Assembly: GCF_964355755.1 (NCBI RefSeq)
Contig: NC_092675.1
Coordinates: forward strand, 16,960,912 to 17,024,911
Direction: 5' to 3'
DNA from: Antedon mediterranea
Taxonomy: Eukaryota; Animalia; Echinodermata
Length of the DNA stretch: 64,000 nucleotides
Part shown: one piece after another, positions 25,851 through 38,458 of the stretch
How the letters are laid out: the number at the start of each line of letters is the position of its first letter
Numbering within the stretch: position 1 is the first letter of the stretch
Made by a program: the position numbers and the translations under genes
Notes under the pieces: model-generated
Seen by the model: only the letters and a program-made list of their open reading frames with translations
Database searches by the model: none
Told to the model about the DNA's origin: nothing

Positions 25851-26548
25851 TCTATATTGGTGAGAGAGTTCGTTTGTTTGTTTGTTTATACAAATTTTTG
25901 TTACTGCACGTACCCTTACATATGGAATATCAAAATGATCGCAATTGTACCGGGAAAGTTCTAAACTATATTTGAACATCATCCGCCATCTAGGATCCAA
26001 GTTAGGGACCAAAATGTGCCACTGAGGGATTATGGGTTGGTAGTGATGGCTAACATAATTTGTACTGGAACCGACTTAAACACATCACCCAGTATCTGGG
26101 GTATGGTTGGATGGGGGAGAAAGAGGAGCGAAAATACTGGCGTAATGAAGTAGCCTATATGATTGGAATTGTACTAGGAAAAGTTACTACATTTGAACTG
26201 TCCAGGGGAGGAGTTAAGGTTTGTTGATTGTGGCTGTGATGGTGAGAGGAGAAAGAAGGCTGGGGGACCGCAGTATCAAATTTAGATATTTATAATTATC
26301 AGCCAATTTGACACCTATTCATTTACACAGTTAAACCATTATTAGGCCTATCTCTCTCAAATTGAAGCTAAAGTTGAATTGAATTTGTCCTTCACTGGAA
26401 AGAATATGTTTTTAAAAAAGAGCGTGGGGTGTTATTGAAGAGGGGTGGAGGTTGGTGAGTATAGGGAAATACTGGTGTCGGATGTACTGTGAAGTCTTTA
26501 AACTAATCATGGCGGGTTTCAAAATTAGTTTTAAAGTATATATGCTAG
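25851..26548 (+). mobile_element. Possible non-autonomous Helitron
   Basis: A|TCTATA start followed by a (GTTT)n tract, CTAG|T at the 3' end. The subterminal hairpin is weak. Confidence 0.4.
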
Positions 26549-26739
26549 TATTATTATACTTGGTCATTATGGTGATGTGTAATTACCAAGTCTGCTGCAA
26601 TTCAACTGCACGATAAAAAGAAACTTGGAATCCCACAATGCAGCTGGGATGTAAAACAACAATCTGGATATATCAATTTGAAGTCATCATCAGAGAATAA
26701 GCACACAGCTAGTAGGTTTTGTTTTTTAGTTCAGAATAA

Positions 26740-27022
26740 TTAGTCTGGTTTCATTGTAAAAAAGTTCCTGTTCTGCTTGAGCAACAAAGAGAGTTATCAT
26801 GAAAAGAAAGTGTAGATTTTTTGGACATATGATATGACAAGGAATTTTGCAGGAAGAATATAAGGTAAAAGACAAAAAAACAGACCTTGTAGAAATGGAG
26901 TGATGACATCAAAGAATGGATCAACACCAAAAGTTATTAAAAATGTGTGAGGCAAGCATTGGATAGAGATGACTGGCAAAGCATGACTTCCAACATGAAG
27001 ATGGAACCAATAGATAGATAGA
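26740..27022 (+). mobile_element. RTE-clade LINE 3' end (degenerate)
   Basis: Remnant motifs FGHMI, KWSDDIKEW, CVRQALDRDDWQSM followed by a (TAGA)n tail. Confidence 0.75.
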
Positions 27023-28162
27023 CATACACTTTGTTAAACTGAGAAAAATGTCCAGTGTGGTTGCAGCCTCACAGTGTTACAAACAAAAAACCTTATTTTT
27101 GTATTCTTTAAAGATCAATGTGATAATTTATAAATAACATTTTAATGAAATAGACTTGTCCTGGATTATTTTGAGTTTGAGACAGACATACTATCATTTG
27201 ATGTCCATCAATTCTAATCCATTTAATTTTATATAATAATATCTATAATTGACCTTGACATTCACAAACATATTTGTTAATGTTTTAATTTGATTTAATG
27301 ACATACAAAATCCAAAAGGAAAAGGTACTGTATGGTCATATGTTATTTACTTATGTAGACAAACAATTCTATAATCCAATGTTCCAATGAGTGGTTCAGT
27401 ACTAGTTACAAACCTCCACGTCCAATAAAATCTGCATATTTAATGGCCTAGCATTTTGTCTAGCCTTCATTGATTTCATAGATTGAATCACTGGATTAAT
27501 TCATAGAGTTTACTTTGGAACAGAAGCTGTGCTGTAAAACAAATTTAATGAATGTTTCATAATCATTGTACATTAATGTAAGGGGATGATTTTTTATGTT
27601 TATGTCGATTATTTATTATGGAATAATCACAAATCATCATCTTCTTTCTATACTTATCCACAAATGATAAATACCTAGAATTAAAACTAATGATGCTACT
27701 GTAACTATAATGTACATTATTAACATTGTGATTCAAATTGTCTTTCATGGCTGATGACTGTGTTTAAGGTTGATAATAAGAATTGTAGATGTCAAGCAAT
27801 AACAGGTTGGATTTTTATCGATTCTATAAACTTAGCAATTTCCTTTATTTGATGCCTTAATTAAGAATCCTATCTTCATTCCATTTGCTTAATATTAAAA
27901 TAGTAAGAGCCCAAGATTGATTTTCCATCTGAAAATGACCTAGTCCTCCTTGTTAACCTCTGAAAACTTTGCACAAACTAGCTTTACTGAGAGTAGTACT
28001 ACCATATTTGAGTGAGTCATGGGTGGGTCTAGAGGTGAGGGTGGCTTGGGCAGATGCAGCTGTGGCATGGTTGCATGCTCCTCTACGCTTTTTGACAGCT
28101 AAAATATATATTTTTTTTTTAGTTATTTAAAAGAATATATTTTGTTAGTTAGTGTCTGTTAC

Positions 28163-28325
28163 AACCGCTAATGTAGAAAATGCCAGCTAATGTCGAAACA
28201 ACCGTTAATGTAGAACAATCCACCGCTAATGTAGTAAAACATCCAGCTAATGTAGAAACACCAACAGCTTAGTAGTAAATACAAATCAACACAAATAATG
28301 TAGAAATGTTAGTTATTGTAAAAAA
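28163..28325. repeat. Short-motif array (GCTAATGTAG-like), related copy at about 31843-31900
   Basis: Repeated C(C/A)GCTAATGT(A/C)G units at about 20-24 bp spacing. Likely a TE subterminal fragment. Confidence 0.55.
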
Positions 28326-28399
28326 TGTTCTTTATTTTACAAAAATGTCTAAATCATCTGCAAGTGCATTGATCTTTTACAATAGCTATCAGTCTTTCC

Positions 28400-28712
28400 A
28401 CATCTCGTAAGCAAAACAACCACATATCGTAAGCAACCATCTCTGTTAAGGGATCGCTTCTTATAATTGACCACCTCTCGTAAGCGAACACCTCTCTTAA
28501 CAACCACACTTCTCATTATTGACTATCTCCCGTCACGACCTCTCGTTATTGACCACCTCTATTGAACGACCACCGTTTCTTTTAAGGTGGTCCTTTACAA
28601 GAGGTCATCACTGCTAAGTGGTGTGATATTTATGGAGGGATGGGTTTTTTAGATATTGTTAAATGATGAGAAGCGTACCCTTAACAGAGAAGATGGTCGT
28701 TCAATAGAAGTA
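28400..28712. mobile_element. Degenerate pogo/Tigger-like MITE
   Basis: Repeated GACCACCTCT and CTCGTAAGC motifs with inverted counterparts near 28580-28710. Confidence 0.5.
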
Positions 28713-29397
28713 CTAAAGTAGTATTAAAAGTACAATATAAACACTCTTTTAATATTAAAGCTAAACCTATTTGTTTTTTCTATACTGTAGGTCCATGAAG
28801 AAATGTTAGAATCTTTTTTATACTGTATTGTATTTTTTGCCACTATAATGTCCAATACAATATAGATAAAAAGTTCTACACAACAATTTTACTATGGAGT
28901 ATGAAGCATCATTACATTATTATTGTTAAAAGGTTTTAGAGGCATTACTTTTCTGTAAACGCCATGTAATTCAGCAGATGCTGCAACTTTTTTTATTAAT
29001 GAAAAATATGAACTTGACTTGACCATAGTACAGAGCAGTTGTTTACAGAAAGAATTACTTTTATGTAGTAAAACTGTAAATGTATTTTTGTCTGCTTGCT
29101 TGTTTGCCTAGCCTTCAGAATAATAGCCCCATTTGAGAAATAATACTAGATAAAATGATATAAGTTAAGTATTTGTTTACATTAACAGTAATCTTTTGAG
29201 CACAATCTGATTCCAGTTTTATGTAGCGTATAATTTAGCCTTCAGAACAAAATCTGCTTCAGAATTTCAGATTTTATCGCCCATGAACATTTTTATTGGA
29301 ATAAGATTTTATCAACAATCATTCACTTGTCATAAAAGTTGCTGTGTAATTTTTATTGAGTGTTTGTTATTGTTTTATATATAATACAGGAAACATT

Positions 29398-30277
29398 GGC
29401 CCTGTTTCTGCTGCCAATCCCAAATATACCGTATAAATATACCGTATAAATATACCGTATATATACCGTATATGAAATTCGTGCACCGTTTCCGCTGCAC
29501 ATACTTCGTGGGTGGGCTGTAAAAAAGTTGGCTTTCATTACCCAAAATGCATTTTGTGAGACGGAAGTATGGATTGACCTAGAGTCTAAGTGTAGTGAGG
29601 TTACATGACAAAAACAAAACAATGATGGTTTCTCAAAACGTCGTAGCATTGCTTTCTATTTGAAATCTAATGAGCAGAAGTGGCAACAAATTTACATCTC
29701 ACAAACAATCTAGAAATGTAGAATGGACATTGACTAGATTTATGCAAAGAAGACGACGGCATTTGCCGATAACTGTGGCGTTATTAAGTCTACCACAAAT
29801 TCTGCTTTTATTTTGTTTGAGATACTTTTGTAAATCTCGGTATCTCTTCTGTTGCCATGCAGTCCCCCCCCCCCCACCCCAACCTTCGCTTCTCCCCACA
29901 ATTGAATTGCAAAAATAGTTATTTCTTCAGTCCACAGTGATATTTTGATCTGTTGCTTGCTTATTATACACGTGTGTGTCAATGCAGCAGAAAAACCAAA
30001 CAAACGCATCACGCTCTGTTAGTTTTTGACCTCGTGTCATGGGCCGGGTCACATATACGGTATATTTTGAGTGCAGCAGAAACGGGGTACGAAATATACG
30101 GTATATTTTGGAATATACCGTATAATATCCACAAACGATGGGGATATTTATGCGGTATATATACCGCATATATATACGGTATATTTTTTATGAGACCCAT
30201 TTCTGCTGCCAAAAAATATACCGTATATAAAATATACCGTATATATACGGTATATTTTGGGCAGCAGAAACGGGGCC
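29398..30277 (-). mobile_element. Harbinger deletion derivative, relative of 21819-22591 in opposite orientation
   Basis: TIR GGCCCTGTTTCTGCTGCC / GGCAGCAGAAACGGGGCC, ATACCGTAT repeats. Minus-strand WTEEITIFAIQLWGEAKV...LHGNRRDTEIYKSISNKIKAEF. Flanks ATT/TAA are not identical. Confidence 0.85.
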
Positions 30278-30904
30278 TAAGATTGGTTGTAGAAAAATAT
30301 ATTATTAAATCGTACAATATTGTGAAATTATTTTCTATTGGATATCACCAACTATTTTAAATAAATTATCACTTTTATTTATTGACTTTGACAAGCTTTT
30401 AAATTCTAATAAACATAATGCATTAAACACATTCAGATAGCAGATACTGTTGGTATCAACTACAGTAGTTCCTTTAATGTTAAATCACCATCACAATGTT
30501 GTTACCCTTCCACCTCCCAAATGTGTCAATTTATGATATTGCTAAAATAATTATTACATGTAGGTCATGGTATAAAGGTTTTTTGTAGACCTTTTATCTT
30601 TTCAATATAAAGGTGAATACTTATTAATACATTTGATGTCAGCAGACTTAGCCTGTGATCACCGTGGGCATTGTAATTCACTTTCAATCATGAGTTTTTA
30701 TATTTATCATAAAATTTCAAGTGTTGCTAATGCATTCTCTACTGTTCCACGTTGACTGTTACTATTTCAAATAGAAATATAAATCTTAATATTTCAGATG
30801 TTTAAATATTTTATTCAGAATCTGGATGAATATTTTGTTTCACAAACCACTCTAAAGGACGATTTTTGTATTTTCTTGTCCTTGTACCTCTTTTGAGTTT
30901 GGTT

Positions 30905-31232
30905 TTTTTCTACTGCATAGCGCCGAATATACTTTCGGAAAATAGAAATTTTAAAAATATCGAAAACATTTCTGCTAAGTTTGAGCTCCTAAAAATATTA
31001 ACATTACCCAAAATGCAATGCTAGTTGACTCGCGTTTAACTATGGTCATTCAAATAACCCATTGTGCATTGTAGCTAATTGCACAGTGATAAACGGTAAC
31101 ACTCAATCGATTAGGTTTAAACCATTATTTTGAGAACGCCATTTAACCGGTTATTGAAAATGTGTCCTGTTACTTCTGCCAAGAAATTGAGGGTAATTTA
31201 TCCGCACAGTTTTTTTGCAGCAGAAACGGGCC
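30905..31232. mobile_element. Eroded Harbinger-type MITE of the same TIR group
   Basis: Right end GCAGCAGAAACGGGCC. Left end degenerate. Confidence 0.5.
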
Positions 31233-33267
31233 ACTTTTGAAGATGTTAATTTTAATATCCAGGTAAAGCAAGCAGTAAAAGCATGCAATACCATAATCGT
31301 AAACAATAAAACCAAATTGTCCTACTAAAACTAGCATCCTTTACAAACAATCGTGGTACGTTTTAATATAAACTGTTGCTTAAATAAAAATATGTGTAGA
31401 TCTATTTTTTTCATTGTACCTGGAGTATCGTAAATCTTCCTTCTGTTCTAAATTCATATTGATATGAATGTATTGTACAAGCTCGCTTCAGCCTCCATCA
31501 TCACATACAGATTGCTGCTGTTCACTTGCTAATAGATTGTATATATAGGTCAGTCCTACCATGATGAGCTATGCAATTTAACTTATGTAATTGCAATATT
31601 AGAACCTCACAAATTTGTGGTATCACAAATATCTGACCTAATTCAACTTTTAATTTAATTATAGCATGTCAATTATTTAAACTATTTAATATATTTATGT
31701 AATTATTTAATTTTAATAGATTATGTAATAATTACTAACGTTGTGTGGTCAGGGGCCTGGCAAGCATGGGATTTTACGCGATTGTATACGCCATGTATAG
31801 TTATTTACTGTCTGTAGTTTTTGCAACCTCCCTAAAAAACACCAGGTAATGTCGAAACAACCGTTTATGTAAAACAATCCACCAATGATGTACTAAAACC
31901 TCTAGTTTATATAGGTAGGAGAGAAAATGCCAATGTCGGTTTAGCCAGCACTTGGACTACCAGCACCACTTTTGATTGGTGTATTTTCACTTTATAACAT
32001 TATATGTTAAAGTATGAATAAAAATCAAAGAAAAGCTTTCCAGTACAATTTACAAAGGTCTCTTTCGGAATTCCCTTTTCCATAGTAATTATAATAAGGT
32101 TTTTATAATCATCAAGTTTTTTTGTTTAGAGTGTTTAGTAGTTTTCAATTTCCGTTTCAGTTTAATATGTCTGTCGAACAAAGTTCAAGATCTTCTATCT
32201 ATTAATTTGATTGTGCCTATAATTCATGCTGTCATTAGCAGATGATACTGGTCAAGAGGCATTACAACTTCTAATTTATAAATACTGACATTATAAATTT
32301 TACTGTTTAAAAGGCAATTTTAAACTTGTGCTGATGTTTGATTACCTTAATTTAATATCTTTAATATGTATTGCTAGTTTTATAAATTGTACTACTACTA
32401 GTAGTCTACCATATTCAAGAATGTTTGTTCTAAACCCCCAGTGTTATAGATTTGAGACTGTATTGATATTCATCACACATGTTTCACTTACGCAAGTAAG
32501 TCTTATCGCCAAGAATTGCAGGTAACAGATAACTCCAAATAAAGACATGGAAGACAAATTGAGATATAATGTTTATCTCAATTTGTCTTCCAAGACCCTG
32601 TAGAGATTCTGATAGATTTACTGTATTAAAAATGTTCTAATGTCCTCCAATATAATAACTTTATATGATATAGTAATAGATTGTGTGTGCATATGTGTAA
32701 TTTATTATATTGTTTGGTAGTTATGAATTCAGTACGTCCAGGGTGCTTATATCATGCAAGGTGAAGCTGTGAACCAGGTCACATTTGGGGGTGATATGAT
32801 GCCTTTAACAACTGTCCCCCTTTTTGTCAAGGTCATGTTCTATCATGGTTTGCTTCCTGTCAATAAGATAAATATCACAGAATAAATATATTTTGTTGAG
32901 ACTCTAGGTAGACATTTATATTTGAAATATGATTATATATTAAACAGCTGCCAATAGAAAATAATTATCAGATTCTGAATGTAGATTTTAGCAATGGGAT
33001 ATAAATAACTGTGTGTGAAAACTATTTTAACTCATACAATACAGTATTAGTATTAGAATCAAATTTGGTGGTGTATCCAAGGAGCAGGCTTTTTAGGCCT
33101 TCTTTTAATTTATTATTTTAAATGTGAAGGTGAACTTCCAGGGCATCTTTTTCCATTTCTAAAGCATAAAGATTTTCTAAATACTACTATCTCTATTTGT
33201 CTTGAGTAATGAATATTTTTAAAGACAGGAAAAACATTGTTGAAATGTTGTGTTTATATTTTGTTAG

Positions 33268-33419
33268 GTGGAACTGATCCAAGGGAGGCTCCACGCAATG
33301 CACCGCCCCTAGATGATGAAGATGCAGAAGAGGATAACCTAGAAAACATCCCACGTGAAATGGAAATTGAGGTTCTGTCAAGTGCCAGTAAGGTTGCCAT
33401 GTCAGTAGATGGAACCCAG
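33268..33419 (+). CDS. POMGNT1: POMGNT1 coding exon 3 (acidic stem linker and start of stem domain)
   Basis: ttgttag|GT-GTDPREAPRN...EIEVLSSASKVAMSVDGTQ|gtacag, similar to human DVEVYSSRSKVYVAVDGT. 152 nt, phase 1 to 0. Confidence 0.92.
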
Positions 33420-36400
33420 GTACAGTATTACGATTTATTTCAGTTGTCCATACAGTATTTGGTCCCCAAACAGTAGAATTCTTTGATTTTAATGAGAGAT
33501 TAAAGTGTTTCACTAAAGTGGAATTTTTTTTTATAAAGCTAAAAAGGTCTTTTCATACATATTTTTCTATTTGTAGTAGGGTAAAAAAGCATACACAACA
33601 GATATATTGATATATTTATGCACAAGTGAAGTTTGTCAATGTGTAACCATGTTTTTGTGAAAATAATACACAAACGAAAGTTTTAATATATTTAAACAAC
33701 CCTGTGCTTTCTTTTTACAAAGAAATACATTTTCTTTAAGCTGTTCTTTCCACTTTATCGTTTAATACTCATTCTGAACTTCATTTCTTTACTGCAAATT
33801 TATAATTCTGAGACATAAAACTATAAAATAACTGAAAAGCCAAAATCACAAATTTGAGAAGGAAAATATCAGCCTTGGGCAGCAATCAAATTGTAATAAA
33901 ATGAGGGAAAGAAATTCTTTTACTAGGCAGAATTAAATATTCATATCATTGTATAAGCTGTTAAGTCTATTTATGTTGCAAAAAGGACCTTTGGGATATA
34001 AAATCCTAGGTAAACAAAGAAAGAAAATCAAAGTATAAGAACTGTAGTATTGGATTGCATTCAAACCCATTGCTTTTACTATTGCTACTTAACCTATAGT
34101 TAAAGTTAATATGTACTTTTAAGCAGCTGTTTTTTTTTCTTCATCACTGAAAAGGTGTTGAATATTTTACTATAGTACTATAGTAGGTATGATTCCAATT
34201 TATTCACATACTCTCTTAATACCAAAGTGTAACAGTTTATTTGCATCATTAAATTTAAGATATTGTTGGTTAATCCATGGTAAAACTTTTATTGCTTTTT
34301 CATAAAAGCACTAAATGTTTATATTTTTATTTATTCAAATGTCATATCATTTGAAAAAGTTCTCGTCAAATCGTCCACAGTTGTTCATCTATTATTCACA
34401 TTGTAAAGGACTATAGTACTTAATCGCTGCTAGTGCAAGGCATCAAATGGTACCTTTTTAAAAAAAAACTAATTATTCAAAATACAAAATATCTATTATG
34501 ATAGCTGGATAAAAAGTTGTATTATTTGAAATAAGAGTAGCAATACAAATCCATCATAAAAATCAATTCTATTCTAAGATTCATTGTATTTTTTGAATAC
34601 ATGTACTTTTCCATTTTTACAGTACTATGTGCTTGTGCCCTTTAAATTTCACGGAAGTTCAAACACATTTATAATTAATTAATTTAGTGCAAAATTGTCC
34701 CAAGTTTGTCACAAAATGCTTATTTACAGGTATATGATAAGCTAATTTGATTATTTTAAAGCTGATATTCTAATGTACAACAGTAGTTCTGCTTGTGAAT
34801 TCACTACTCTTCCTGATTAGAAATGACTTAAGTTAGTAGCCAAACGTGTGTTTAGATTATTGGACGTTACATTATAGTAATCCAAAGTAGTAGCTAAAAA
34901 AGTAGATGGTAACATTCTTCTACACCATGAGTTATTACGTTATGATTATGAAAGGTTCACGATGACTATAGTTCCTAGTGGCTGATCCATAGGAAGTACA
35001 TCCCCTGCATACTTTCTCCCCAAACAGAAATGTTCTTATCTTGTAACATTTTCATGTTAGTAGTTTTAAATAATACACTGTACTTAACTATATGTGCTAT
35101 GCATTCTTCTTGCTATAGAGTATTTGTTTTATATAGTAAGCCTGTACTATTCAATGCTACAATAGTCATATCCCTATTGTTTCTTTGGTGTGACGATAGA
35201 CATGTATGTTTTTTACCTTAGCAGTATCAGTGGTATTTTTTTTTTTACCATGATGGTAAAATATGTTTTTTTTACAATGGTAAACATAATTTATTTCTTC
35301 ATCCAAAATACACTTAGGAGTATATACCCAAATACCAAAACTGTCAATGTTCATTATTCATCCCAAGGGCTTAGAATTTCTCCAGTTGGCATCTAAAATT
35401 GAAACAGTTAGATGTTGTTCTTTGTTGCGGCAAAGTAAAAAATAATCCTGATGCGCTTATAGACACGGTGGAGGAATTAACTTACAATTCCCCAATCACT
35501 ACCATATAATAATGCACCTAATTGAGTATTTCTCAGATTACTGGTTTGCCAGTTTTGAGAGAAAACATCTTTCAAAATGTGTGATTAGACTGTTTCCTAA
35601 GGCGGTAATGTGAGCGATTCAAGGCGTTTCAACATACAATGGCATATTGTCAAATTGCAAATCATTAGTGATCTTGTGCCATTTCATTGTTTTGTCTTCC
35701 TCGCCTTGAAACCTTACTTCAGGACATCTTTATTCATTAAACTTGAAGTGGTTTCTTCAAGTTCAACGTTCTCATTCCTTTATCCTAAAAATAGAAATTC
35801 TGTTATTTTTCATTTCGGAATTTGAATAATATTATTTATAGAAGTATTTAGTAAAGAGAGAAACTTTAAAATAATTTCATATTAATACAATTTTTACAAT
35901 TTCCTTCCTATCAATTTTTTTATTTTGGAAAATTTCATCCATATCAACAAATGTACAAACAGAAAAGAAAAAAGTTTTATTTTTTGTAGTATTTTAAATC
36001 GACTTTTTAGGATTTTATATGTATATTTTGTATGGCTTTTTTTTTATCGTATTTTATATTTTATGTACTGTATCCATTTTATATTTGTATGTACTGTACT
36101 TTTGAAAAGGCCAACAGAGTTTCCCCATGGGGATAATACAGTACCAGCGAGAATTACTGCCCAATTCGGACGCGGCAGACGCGGCATGAATACGTCCATG
36201 AAGCGTCCACTTCGCGTCCATTATATCGACGCGTCTGACGTGATTTGACCTTAGACCAACGTCCTTTGTGTTTGAGCTAACCGGGAGCTAACCACGCCGG
36301 TGTTAACGTAAACAAAAGCTCCGCATTGTTACTGTACTACAGTTATATTCTGTACGATGTTTTCTAAACCCGTGAAAACCTGTATTAAACGAAATGTATT

Positions 36401-36544
36401 TTATACTACAGTAGTTAATAACATGCAAAAAAAAAACCTCTAAAAAACGAATTAATGAATAAGTGCGTATAGATACCAGTTCATTAGTACAGCTTACTAT
36501 ATGGGCAAGAAAGACTGATTTTTTGTGAGTAAAATTATTATCGG

Positions 36545-36957
36545 ATGTCAAAAAACTTCTTTGGCACGCCGCCTAAAAAGAAACCGCTGAACGAGACTTG
36601 CGGGAAATGCAGTGCTGAAACCACGTGTGCCTGCCATGCATGCAGTAAAACCACGTGATAGCATATTTACCAAACTCGAACGTTCGGCGACTAGACCCGA
36701 GTGTGTGAAAATATGTTGCTTTCGCTGTCCGAGCGAAGCAATGAATTGTGAGTATCGAATGTCAAAAAACTTCTTTGGCACGCCACCTAAAAAGAAACCG
36801 CCGAACGGCACTTGCGGGAAATGTAGTGCTGAAACCACGTGTGCCTGCCATGCATGCAGTAAAACCACGTGATAGCATATTTACCTAACTCGACCGTTCG
36901 GCGACCCGAGTGTGTGAAAAATAGTTTGCTTTCGCTGTCCGAGCGAAGCAATGAATT
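36545..36957. repeat. Tandem duplication of a 214-bp unit inside the TIR element
   Basis: ATGTCAAAAAACTTCTTTGGCACGCC... starts at 36545 and 36759. Confidence 0.9.
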
Positions 36958-37196
36958 TTATATACTAATTAAAAAATCGACACATTGTAATGGACAAAAA
37001 TGGTGCAGTACATGTAGTTTTGTAACACTATAAATATCCTCAACCTATTTTTATTCATTATAATAAATTCTAGCACCCGCCCTTGGCTTTTTTGTTTTAA
37101 ATCGCTTTTGTACCAAGCCTTAATGCCTTTGTGTTGTTCCGTGTCCTATTGTCTTTTTCTATTCAGTGTATCAAATTCTAACACCCGCCCTTGTTT

Positions 37197-37323
37197 TTTT
37201 GTACCAATTTTGGGGTCTAAGCATAGAGATATTATAGTGACAATTTTGGGGTCTAAGCATAGAGATATTATAGTGAACTTCACTATAATATCTCTATGCT
37301 TAGACCCCAAAATTGGTACAAAA
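37197..37323. repeat. 36-bp direct repeat plus perfect 37-bp-arm palindrome
   Basis: CAATTTTGGGGTCTAAGCATAGAGATATTATAGTGA x2, then its reverse complement. Centre at 37278. Confidence 0.95.
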
Positions 37324-38458
37324 TAACATTAACTAAAAAAATATTATTACAGTCATTATTACAATTATACAAACACTGTAATCTTAACATGATCAGAGAG
37401 GAACATCATTATAGCGTAAAAAAAATATTTCTTAATATTTATAAGCAAAGCGTACACAGAATGCCTAGTGTTGTACTGTACGTCATCAACAGGGTCATCA
37501 ACCCGCTTTTCAGCAGCGGTAGAACATGGTTGCAATATTGCTGGGATCCTATGGAGTAGAAAAATATCACGTGCTCTTTGTTGCGCGCTATGACGACCAT
37601 GGAGATATAAATTGACAGTGTACAGTACATACTGTAGGCTACATGATTTTGTTGAGCCTTCTTCCACAGTTTTAACTCATCATATGACATTTAAATATAA
37701 CTTATTTCTCTATGATCATATCAATAATTCAACATGAAATAGAGGCCTCGTTATTAAAAAAATATTCTTCCATAAAATGATTCATATGAACAAAATATAC
37801 TGTATCATGACGATGATTATTGATCGAGTACGCTAGGCCGATCTCAGGCGGTGGTGTACGTGCTAGACAGTGAACCGGCCGGCTAGATCCCACGGCGGGC
37901 TAGCGATGGATATAGACACAGTTTCGCACGAAACTGGCTTTTTGGACGAATTATTCGGCAGATAAAAATAAACACAACACACACAAGTCGTAGGCTAACT
38001 TTATTTATTTTTTAATCATATTGTTTGTGAATGTGAAAGTATTTTATAAACAAACACCAATACAGCCGAACCTGCTCAACAGTCAGGCTTAGTTTTCCGA
38101 TGTCATTTGAATATGAATACGGTCGCGAACAATAACAAAAACAGACTCAGGTAGCGAGGTCACGGCCCGCCCGACGAAAGTGCGTCCAAATCATTGGTTT
38201 AGTTTATGAATGGACGCGTCGTGGACGCAAATTGGACGGACACTCGACGCGTCCGTCGCGTCCAAAAAGGGGCAGTAATTCTCGCTGGTACTGTAAAGTT
38301 TTAATTGAATTGAATTGAATTGAATTGAATTGAAAAGAAAATTTGCAAACTCTAAGCTTAAATAGGATACTTCTCCATCTACAATACATAAATAATGAAT
38401 ATTTTAATAAGTTAAAACTATTTAACAAAGCGGAGCCAAGTTAAAAAAAAAAGTATAA

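Larger units (their letters stand above)
36139..38293. mobile_element. 2.15-kb non-autonomous TIR element with TA TSD (Tc1/mariner-like termini)
   Basis: Perfect 24-bp TIR CAGTACCAGCGAGAATTACTGCCC, TA on both sides, GGACG/CGTCC subterminal repeats, no transposase ORF seen. Confidence 0.85.

Noticed and set aside
37205-37315. 36-bp repeats suggestive of a CRISPR array
   Set aside because: No spacers, the third copy is inverted, the context is a eukaryotic intron, and there are no cas genes.
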